Below are positions 42,120 to 48,743 of a DNA stretch of 48,743 bases, in pieces. The stretch lies in UHGV virus genome UHGV-1373020, one strand, 5' to 3'. A program made the position numbers and the translations under genes. A model generated the notes under the pieces. The model searched no databases and was not told where the DNA came from. It saw only the letters and a list, made by a program, of their open reading frames with translations. Source of the stretch: a virus. Each line of letters opens with the position of its first letter. Position 1 is the first letter of the stretch.

Positions 42120-43073
42120 ATGAGATACGACTGGAAAGACATTGAGCCAAAAATGCTCGGAAATTGGCAGGCCGCCATCATGTCTATCGTCAATGTGGAT
42201 AGCAGAGTTTTCAATGGCAAGCACCAGCCGTGCCCGTCATGTCTTGGCAAAGACAGGTATCGCTTTGATGACAACTTCGAAACAAAGGGCGATGGAGGAG
42301 CAATCTGCAACCAGTGCGGTTCCGGCAGCGGCATGAACTGGCTGATGAAACTCTCTGGCATGAGTTTTCCAGAAGCACTGGAGGCTCTGGGAGGATTCCT
42401 GAATATGCATCCACGCGAAAAGCTGGAGGCAATCAGGAAGGAGTTACCGAAGATAAATTACAATGATGACTTCATAACAGAGCATGAAGTCGCTGCAATC
42501 ATGGCCAAAACGACTCGTGTCGCGATGAATGAGTGGAGTTTGATAAATGGTATTGGTTGCGACATTAACGTCGCCAGAGGTAAATCTGGAGAGCTTATGG
42601 CGGTTGAGATGATGCGCGCTGACACAATGAAGCAGTGCAACGTGGCATTCATTGGCATGGATGGCGATGCATTCAGAACATTTTTCCGCGCAGGATACAA
42701 CAAGGACTCAGCCATCAACGGTAAACTCACGCGTGGTGCGATAAGCCCAATCGGAGAAGATAACGGTAAGTTCATTTATCTGGTATCTGATTATGCCGAT
42801 GCATGGAAATGCCATTACTTCACTGGTGCGCATGTCTGGTGTTGCTGGTCTCCTGAAAACATGTGGGAAGTGGTGCGTTCTGTTAGCGATGAAACGAAAG
42901 CGAGATTGCGTTGCATAGTTAATTATAAATTTGACGAACTTTGCGCTGCGGAAAACGCAGGACTACCGGTGATGCTGCCTGATGATGCGAACACAATCAG
43001 GATGGCGAAGAGAATCAGAAGAAAAATTTATGCCGCTGGCGATCTGATAAAGAAAATGTCAGTCAATAGATAA
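42120..43073 (+). CDS. DNA primase (P4-alpha-type zinc ribbon plus Toprim)
   Basis: HQPCPSCLGKDRYRFDD...GGAICNQCG zinc-binding domain, then an acidic Toprim-like core. Start is taken at 42120. The tracked ORF starts at 42057. Confidence 0.7.
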   Translation: MRYDWKDIEPKMLGNWQAAIMSIVNVDSRVFNGKHQPCPSCLGKDRYRFDDNFETKGDGGAICNQCGSGSGMNWLMKLSGMSFPEALEALGGFLNMHPREKLEAIRKELPKINYNDDFITEHEVAAIMAKTTRVAMNEWSLINGIGCDINVARGKSGELMAVEMMRADTMKQCNVAFIGMDGDAFRTFFRAGYNKDSAINGKLTRGAISPIGEDNGKFIYLVSDYADAWKCHYFTGAHVWCCWSPENMWEVVRSVSDETKARLRCIVNYKFDELCAAENAGLPVMLPDDANTIRMAKRIRRKIYAAGDLIKKMSVNR

Positions 43074-43075
43074 AA

Positions 43076-43106
43076 GAAACCCTCCGACTGGAGGGTTTTT
43101 GTTATT
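43076..43106. terminator. bidirectional terminator
   Basis: AAACCCTCC-gact-GGAGGGTTTTTGTTATT. Confidence 0.65.
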
Positions 43107-43383
43107 CCTTGAGGTTAACTTTTATTGCGTACACCTTTACAGGTTTATCACCGAAGTGCGGATGTGTGATTGTCTTTATTTCATATCCTTCATACTGGAC
43201 GTCAATTCTGCGACTGGAATCGTCTCGCTTCGGATATCCCTTTGTGATAATCAGACGGTCATATTCCCGGAGCATAATTCTCTTATTCCAGTATTCATTA
43301 CACAGGCGATATTCTTCCGTTTTCTCTCCGCGAATCATGGCATCGAAGTATTCACCTTTGACGGCAAGTTGCAGGTTAGCCAT
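43102..43383 (-). CDS. ASCH / DUF3850-like domain protein
   Basis: LQLAVKGEYFDAMIRGEKTEEYRLCNE resembles the ASCH-type consensus (h.LKI.PEYF..I..G.KT.EIR.ND) recalled from memory. Confidence 0.5.
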   Translation of the reverse strand: MANLQLAVKGEYFDAMIRGEKTEEYRLCNEYWNKRIMLREYDRLIITKGYPKRDDSSRRIDVQYEGYEIKTITHPHFGDKPVKVYAIKVNLKE

Positions 43384-43636
43384 TATTTTCCTCCAGAATC
43401 CAAACTGAGTTACCAATGCGACTATTATTTAAATCCTTTGATACAACCCCATCCTTACAAAGAGACATAAGAACCTTCCGTAGCTTTGCTGCTGTCCATT
43501 CATCATCAGGAAATTCATTCACCATCGATAGGCGTAAACTCCACGTAGCCACGGAGAACTTGCGACAAATCCCAAGTTCCTCCTCAATAGATTTTCTCTT
43601 TCTCATCACGTATAAAACTTTATCCTTCACATCCAT
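43376..43636 (-). CDS. hypothetical protein (86 aa)
   Basis: Protein-like ORF in operon context. Confidence 0.5.
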   Translation of the reverse strand: MDVKDKVLYVMRKRKSIEEELGICRKFSVATWSLRLSMVNEFPDDEWTAAKLRKVLMSLCKDGVVSKDLNNSRIGNSVWILEENNG

Positions 43637-43646
43637 TCCGTTGCCC

Positions 43647-43838
43647 TCACTTAATCATCAATTTTGAAATGTCAACATAACCAACACAAAATCTGTGCCA
43701 GTAATTATCAAGCACGTGATAATTAGACCGAATCCATACTTTGTTAATACCACTCCAGAAAAACCACGTCGAATAACCATGCGGCCTGAAACGCCATAAA
43801 CCTTCTGAGCGGCAAAGTTCGCCTGATATTGTTCTCAT
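43647..43838 (-). CDS. hypothetical protein (63 aa, Trp-rich)
   Basis: ORF only. Unusual composition. Confidence 0.3.
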   Translation of the reverse strand: MRTISGELCRSEGLWRFRPHGYSTWFFWSGINKVWIRSNYHVLDNYWHRFCVGYVDISKLMIK

Positions 43839-45430
43839 TTCAAGTTCCTCATAAATCTCATGCGCTTAACGGCAGCAGAAAGGTAATTTCTAACCGTTGA
43901 GTTCATCCGCAGACCATCCCATGAACCATCACTACACATCTTAATCGCTCTTGGGTTATCCCTGTCCAGCATTAGTGGTGAATGCTTATTTTCCTCAATA
44001 GCAAGAACAACTTCATAAACAAATTTATCCGGCGTTAATGTGATGTTATTCGAGTCAGCAGAATTGATTATCTTTTCAACTCTGTCACGGCACAGCTTGT
44101 TCTTTATAACAGACAAATAAGGCGTTTTAATGAATGCCTGCGATTCACAAATTCGCTTTATTTTTTCAACAATGTTCGACCACTCAGTATTTTCAAGACC
44201 ATCAAATGCCTGTTCACCCTCAAGGAATCTTTTCAGCCCTGCGAGGTGTTCAAGAACAGTGAGATAACCCCACTCGATATGCTCCGTCGTCACTGATGGT
44301 GTCATTCCCCGACGACTTGACAGATCGGTATACGCCGCCAGAGTTGCAAGATCGACAATCATTAGACCCATACGAGGGATAACATCACCAACAACACCAT
44401 CGCAATCACCAAGCTCACTTTCCAGTTTCATAGACAGATATCTGTGCAGTTTTTTCGCATTATCATCAGCCCATACAACGTTAGTTTTCGCGGTAAGAAC
44501 TCTACCTTTCCACTCATTGATTATTTTTCTTGAAAGCGTACCACTCACTTCCACATCCTTCATCGCTGGCATTTCCTCACCAGCAAGATGCCCAAGCTGG
44601 AACAGCACACGCCCCATACCGCCATCTTTCTGCCATGAACGCGCAGCATCTATTCCCTGCTCTGGCGTGACAGTAATCAGCGGAACAAATTTTGCGTTTT
44701 CAATTCCACCGTCTTTTGTTGCAATTTCGTACTCATTCATTGCCGACTTTAGCGCGCGCCCAACGCTGTGGTCCATCATCGCAAGGCGCTTATAATCTAT
44801 GACTCCTTTCCCATCATCGCCACCAGTAAGTGGCACTATCCATCCCTCAGCACTTGCTGCAGCCATGATGCGTTTTTGGTTTTGTTCCCACGTAAGGTTT
44901 TCAAGCAACTCCTTGATTATTGGTCTGTTAGGAACCCACACGCCGCCATCAGTGAGGCCTCTATACCACGCCATAGTACCGCCAAGATATGCATTGCGCG
45001 GGTTGTTCCAGTCTTCAAGATGTTGCTTGTCATCGTTCACAACGTAGAGCAAAGACCCGCCTCCAGCAATCAGGTCCAACTGCATCTGTTTCGTCGAGGT
45101 TGATTTGGATGCGCAAACTCTGGACCCTATTCCCAGTGCATTGGCATATGCCCTGACGAAACTCACCGGGGCGCCCTTACCTGCACCAGAGCGAGCCACG
45201 AGAAATATGCCAGTATTGCATATACTACCTGTTGGACCAATCAAGTATCGTCCAGCCATCGCCTGAGCAAGACCCAAAGCGCCAGTTAAACGATATCTTC
45301 CCCCGCCCTCACGGCGCTCAAACCCCCTTGCGATCTCATCCATAAACTCACCAAGTGCCCCGGGAGCCTCCCGCTTTATGCCCATAGCCAGAGACTCAAA
45401 ATCAATCGAACTCATCAATATACCCTCCAT
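43835..45430 (-). CDS. hypothetical 531-aa protein with a degenerate P-loop-like motif (replication module)
   Basis: LVARSGAGKGAPV, with Lys followed by Gly rather than Ser/Thr. The largest ORF in the replication block. Confidence 0.7.
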   Translation of the reverse strand: MEGILMSSIDFESLAMGIKREAPGALGEFMDEIARGFERREGGGRYRLTGALGLAQAMAGRYLIGPTGSICNTGIFLVARSGAGKGAPVSFVRAYANALGIGSRVCASKSTSTKQMQLDLIAGGGSLLYVVNDDKQHLEDWNNPRNAYLGGTMAWYRGLTDGGVWVPNRPIIKELLENLTWEQNQKRIMAAASAEGWIVPLTGGDDGKGVIDYKRLAMMDHSVGRALKSAMNEYEIATKDGGIENAKFVPLITVTPEQGIDAARSWQKDGGMGRVLFQLGHLAGEEMPAMKDVEVSGTLSRKIINEWKGRVLTAKTNVVWADDNAKKLHRYLSMKLESELGDCDGVVGDVIPRMGLMIVDLATLAAYTDLSSRRGMTPSVTTEHIEWGYLTVLEHLAGLKRFLEGEQAFDGLENTEWSNIVEKIKRICESQAFIKTPYLSVIKNKLCRDRVEKIINSADSNNITLTPDKFVYEVVLAIEENKHSPLMLDRDNPRAIKMCSDGSWDGLRMNSTVRNYLSAAVKRMRFMRNLK

Positions 45431-45744
45431 ACGCGCAAGAATTTACCCGGGATAACACCATGTTTCACCGTTAACACAGCACCAACCCTGTCAGCCTCAA
45501 TTTTTAGCGCCTTCTGAAGTGACGCCATTGTCATCTGAAAACCTCGCTCTATATCGTATGCGTAGCACCCATCTCTGCCACCAATCAAAATTGAAGTTGA
45601 ATACCCGTTCTCAAAGTAAAACTGACACCCATCAGGAGCGGTAAGATTATTTATCACGTCGTGAGCAAGCGATGTCGTAACAGGGAATATCGGAGCGCAA
45701 CTCATACTCACCTCACTCAACTCGCTTAATGTGCAAAACTTCAT
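45415..45744 (-). CDS. hypothetical protein (109 aa)
   Basis: Operon context. Confidence 0.5.
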   Translation of the reverse strand: MKFCTLSELSEVSMSCAPIFPVTTSLAHDVINNLTAPDGCQFYFENGYSTSILIGGRDGCYAYDIERGFQMTMASLQKALKIEADRVGAVLTVKHGVIPGKFLRVWRVY

Positions 45745-45961
45745 CGAAATATGAGCACGTTCTGAATTTCATCCCAAAATCCTCACCAACCCTTCCGAGA
45801 CACGCGCGAAATCTTTCAACAGACAGCCCTTTATCTGCAATATCCTCATAAGCAATCGAATTAACCTGACCAACATCCATATGTTTTGCAACGCGATACA
45901 CGAACTCCATCTTTGAACCATCACGATACATTTTGTTTCTCATAGTAACCTCCATCCGCAT
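45713..45961 (-). CDS. hypothetical protein (82 aa), first gene of the - strand replication operon
   Basis: Borders the AT-rich iteron region. Confidence 0.5.
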   Translation of the reverse strand: MRMEVTMRNKMYRDGSKMEFVYRVAKHMDVGQVNSIAYEDIADKGLSVERFRACLGRVGEDFGMKFRTCSYFDEVLHIKRVE

Positions 45962-46109
45962 TCCAACAGGAACTATAGATAAAAAATAAAATTAGCGCAA
46001 CACAAAACAGGCCTAACCAGCAACAATAGCTACCACACTTAACAACTGGTCAGACCACCATTTCGTATCTGATATATGTGGATGGTGCCTGTCGTTCAAT
46101 TTGCACTCG

Positions 46110-46470
46110 ATTTTTACCTAATTTACCGTATATTTATTGGTCGGTTTTTTGCATAACTAATTGATTTATAGGATTTTACCGGTTTTACCGGAACTCTAAG
46201 GAGTATTTTCATCATTGATAGTAGTAGTATATTAATTGGTCTAATTTTTAAAGAACTCTAATAAAATCAATATATTAATATAAGAAAGTAACTTACTTAC
46301 TTATATAGGATTTACCGGGTAAAACCGGTAACTCCTCCGCAGGCCGCGTCATTACTGGATTGATTTTTACCACCTGTAGGTAAATACAGTAGTTTTTAAG
46401 TAAGTATTGTTTTTGTAAGATGTTGATTACCGGTACTTTATTTGAAAAGCCGGGATTTACCGGGTTTTTG
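46110..46470. repeat. iteron array (TTTACCGG family, at least 6 copies in direct and inverted orientation) flanking an extremely AT-rich segment; candidate replication origin
   Basis: Copies at 46123, a tandem pair TTTTACCGG x2 at 46175-46192, an inverted pair TTTACCGGG / AAAACCGGTAA at 46311-46331, GATTACCGGTAC at 46425, and GATTTACCGGG at 46454. AT-rich repeats at 46200-46310 (ACTTACTTACTT, TAGTAGTAGT). Confidence 0.55.
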
Positions 46471-46542
46471 TGGTGTGATTAATAATCGCGCAATTGGTTA
46501 TGTTTCACCAGAACCCACTAATGCGACAACTGAAAATCATAT

Positions 46543-46571
46543 TGACGTAGAATCGCAACTGATGTAGATTG
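46543..46571 (+). promoter_or_regulatory. sigma70-like promoter TTGACG-N17-TAGATT for the + strand early operon
   Basis: TTGACG TAGAATCGCAACTGATG TAGATT. Two 13-mer copies. Confidence 0.55.
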
Positions 46572-46600
46572 GATTCACCGAAACAAACGAGGATGTGGAG

Positions 46601-46747
46601 ATGGAAATCAAAGACCGTAAAGAATTTGAAGATGCACAGGCTATGGCACGCATTGCAGTTGAGCGCACAAACAACAGCATTCCTGCAGAAGCATTCTGGA
46701 ATGCAGCAATGCAGGCTTTAATCTCAGCGTATGGGTTAAGCAAATGA
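46601..46747 (+). CDS. hypothetical protein (48 aa)
   Basis: MEIKDRKEFEDAQAMARIAVERTNNSIPAEAFWNAAMQALISAYGLSK with a GAGGATGTGGAG SD. Absent from the ORF track. Confidence 0.45.
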   Translation: MEIKDRKEFEDAQAMARIAVERTNNSIPAEAFWNAAMQALISAYGLSK

Positions 46748-46840
46748 CAGGAGCAACACTCGAGCTTATCGCCAGTCTGGTTATCGCGGCATTCATCATT
46801 ATCGCAGTGGCAGTTTCCAAGTCAGGGTATAAGTGGTGAA
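46745..46840 (+). CDS. hypothetical membrane peptide (31 aa)
   Basis: MTGATLELIASLVIAAFIIIAVAVSKSGYKW. ATGA overlap with the upstream gene. Confidence 0.25.
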
Positions 46841-46925
46841 AATGAGCAACTGGCATAACGAACACATCATGCAGTGGCATCGCCGTCGCATCAAGGCAAT
46901 CATTAACTCTTATGAGGTTTAACAA

Positions 46926-47108
46926 ATGGCAAAAACCATCTATCGTCGCGAGAAGCTGGAACAGGAACTCGGTCACGTTGGCGCTCAGAACTTTATGAGC
47001 AAGCAGGCACGCAATGCAATGGAATCTATCCGCGTGAATCGCGTTGTGCGCGTGTTTAATGGTGAATGTAAGCGAAGAGTAATGGATGAGCTTATTATTG
47101 TGTTCTGA
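46926..47108 (+). CDS. hypothetical protein (60 aa)
   Basis: Basic, protein-like ORF. Confidence 0.5.
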   Translation: MAKTIYRREKLEQELGHVGAQNFMSKQARNAMESIRVNRVVRVFNGECKRRVMDELIIVF

Positions 47109-47210
47109 ACGAGAAAGCTATCACTTTTGATATGTTTTATTGTGATAATGGCTTGCATTACATCTTGATATGATAACAGCTATGTGTTATCTTTATTGTG
47201 AGGATTGATA

Positions 47211-47348
47211 ATGAAGTGCTTGATGTGCGGGAAAGACCTGTTGCCAGGATGCAGAAGTGACAAGAAGTACTGCTGTCCATATTGCAGACTAAAGGCCATG
47301 AGGAAAAGAAATGCAAAAGAAAAATCTCTCCATAAAAATGGAGCTTAA
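47211..47348 (+). CDS. hypothetical zinc-ribbon peptide (45 aa), possibly a frameshifted N-terminus of the downstream HNH gene
   Basis: MKCLMCGKDLLPGCRSDKKYCCPYCRLKAMRKRN with a GAGGATTGATA SD. It overlaps the next gene by 38 nt in another frame. Confidence 0.35.
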   Translation: MKCLMCGKDLLPGCRSDKKYCCPYCRLKAMRKRNAKEKSLHKNGA

Positions 47349-47961
47349 CAGAGATATAAAGAAAGGGAAAAGAAAGCCAATATTTGGTGTTGGAGTTAAT
47401 GATTGTGGCTTCGGTGTGGCGATGAAAGTTGATGGTAAAAAGGTGCAACATTATGGATATAGCCAATGGTATCAAATGCTCAGGAGGTGTTTTGATGATG
47501 AATACAAAAAACAACACAAAACCTATGAGCATGTTACTTGTTGTAATGAGTGGCTGCTGTTTTCAAACTTTAATTTGTGGTGGAAGAACCATTACGTTGA
47601 AGGGTGGCACCTTGATAAGGATATATTGATTCCGGGTAATTTGACTTACTCACCTGAAGCATGTGTTTACGTGCCTCCACACCTAAACAACTTCGTGACA
47701 GCAAGGAATGCCTCGAGAGGTGACTTGCCTATAGGTGTGTCATTTAATAAGTGTTCTGGCGCTTATCAGGCGCACATAGGTGATGGCAATGGTCGTACAG
47801 TATTTTTAGGCTATTTCAGTTCGGTGATTGAAGCGCATCAGGCATGGAAGAATGAAAAGATAAATCAAGCAAAGCAAATGAAGGAGTTATGTGATTCCAT
47901 ACACCCAATGCTGTTTGACGGCCTGATGAGGAAAGTTTATATGATATGTGAAATAGGGTGA
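47311..47961 (+). CDS. free-standing HNH homing endonuclease with a C-terminal AP2 DNA-binding domain
   Basis: HNH-like core WHLDKDILIPGNLTYSPEACVYVPPHLNN. AP2-like IGVSFNKCSGAYQAHIGDGNGRTVFLGYFSSVIEAHQAW. AT-rich codon usage. GAGGAAAAG SD. Confidence 0.75.
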   Translation: MQKKNLSIKMELNRDIKKGKRKPIFGVGVNDCGFGVAMKVDGKKVQHYGYSQWYQMLRRCFDDEYKKQHKTYEHVTCCNEWLLFSNFNLWWKNHYVEGWHLDKDILIPGNLTYSPEACVYVPPHLNNFVTARNASRGDLPIGVSFNKCSGAYQAHIGDGNGRTVFLGYFSSVIEAHQAWKNEKINQAKQMKELCDSIHPMLFDGLMRKVYMICEIG

Positions 47962-47965
47962 TGAT

Positions 47966-48202
47966 ATGGCAAAAGTAAAAACATACGAGTTCTGGTTTTG
48001 CACAAGCATATTTTGCAAAGTGCGTAAAAACATCAAGCGCGCTCGCTGGTGGAACAAGCCTATTTTATTGGCGCTTTACACTGTGACAGCAAAGTGCAAA
48101 TTCAAAGCGGTTGACATCACAGATGATGATGCGCTCAAAATCGCAAAGATTGAGTTTGAAGAAGATGGTTATTACGAAGAAATTATGGGGGTTAGGGCAT
48201 GA
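47966..48202 (+). CDS. hypothetical protein (78 aa)
   Basis: Protein-like ORF. Confidence 0.5.
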   Translation: MAKVKTYEFWFCTSIFCKVRKNIKRARWWNKPILLALYTVTAKCKFKAVDITDDDALKIAKIEFEEDGYYEEIMGVRA

Positions 48203-48672
48203 GTGAAGTTAAAACATACGCAGTAAACTGCAACGACGCGTGGCTTAATACAGATGGCGATGACATTTCTGGTTCATATGTCAAGTATGCTGATTACATG
48301 AATCTTGCGACAAAACTAGATTTAGCAGAGCGCGCTTGCGCGGCGCTTGCGGCGGAGAATGCGGGGCTGAAGACAGCACACCCTCAACCGTTCGGACATG
48401 AGATGATGAAGGCTCTTGATGCGTATGAGAAGCATCAGGATGAAGTGCCGGAGGCTGGAATGCTTGATGCATTTTTCATCTTGCGCGACAGCATCCGTGT
48501 TGAAACTCCGGTCACCGACGCATTCCTTGCTGAAATTGAACGCAAAGCAATCCGCAAGTTCATTAACAGCATTGAACACATCCTGCGTGACAAGTTGTCA
48601 CCGTATGACACCGAAGAGATGCTTGAGGCTATGCGTATTTTTCTGGAAGAACAGAGTGGTGAGCAAAAATGA
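48199..48672 (+). CDS. hypothetical protein (157 aa)
   Basis: ATGA overlap. Acidic C-terminus. Confidence 0.6.
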   Translation: MSEVKTYAVNCNDAWLNTDGDDISGSYVKYADYMNLATKLDLAERACAALAAENAGLKTAHPQPFGHEMMKALDAYEKHQDEVPEAGMLDAFFILRDSIRVETPVTDAFLAEIERKAIRKFINSIEHILRDKLSPYDTEEMLEAMRIFLEEQSGEQK

Positions 48673-48743
48673 CGATCACAAAACAACGTGTAGAAGAAAT
48701 CATATCCCGCATTGAAATGTATGGGCATGGCGCAGGGTATACC
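48669..48743 (+). CDS. N-terminal fragment of a CDS that runs off the window
   Basis: ATGA overlap. MTITKQRVEEIISRIEMYGHGAGY continues to the window end. Confidence 0.4.
   Translation, partial: MTITKQRVEEIISRIEMYGHGAGYT

Overview
The window reads as a near-complete, compact (about 92% coding) genome of a siphovirus-type enterobacterial phage, 48.7 kb in size. The gene set and order are T1-like (inference from memory; I cannot run a search). The packaging and head block on the + strand runs TerS, TerL, portal, an Mu-F/SPP1-gp7-like head morphogenesis protein, scaffold/protease, decoration and major capsid proteins. The tail block runs head-tail adaptors, a major tail protein with an Ig-like C-terminus, chaperone, 789-aa tape measure, M/L/K-like tip proteins, an I/J-like tip protein, and a 992-aa fibre whose C-terminus is an SGNH/GDSL hydrolase. 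The lysis cassette has an internally deleted GH24 lysozyme remnant immediately upstream of an intact lambda-R-type transglycosylase, then a holin-like protein and an Rz with Rz1 embedded. On the - strand a replication and recombination block carries SSB, an Erf-type annealing protein, a PD-(D/E)XK exonuclease, a VRR-NUC nuclease, and an SF2 DECH helicase interrupted in motif II by a LAGLIDADG intein; a Toprim/Zn-ribbon primase sits on the + strand inside the block. The intein region is split across three reading frames. Three homing-endonuclease elements are present: the intein, a free-standing GIY-YIG gene and a free-standing HNH-AP2 gene. Non-coding highlights are a tRNA-like gene with a non-canonical anticodon, a 590-bp ORF-free hairpin-dense GC-rich region next to it, an AT-rich iteron block that may be the origin, at least 13 copies of a conserved 13-mer (AATCTACRTCAMC) embedded in sigma70-like promoters at module boundaries, and about 11 bidirectional terminators of one shared design. 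Roughly 45 small hypothetical genes, many under 60 aa and therefore missing from the ORF track, fill the early and accessory regions.
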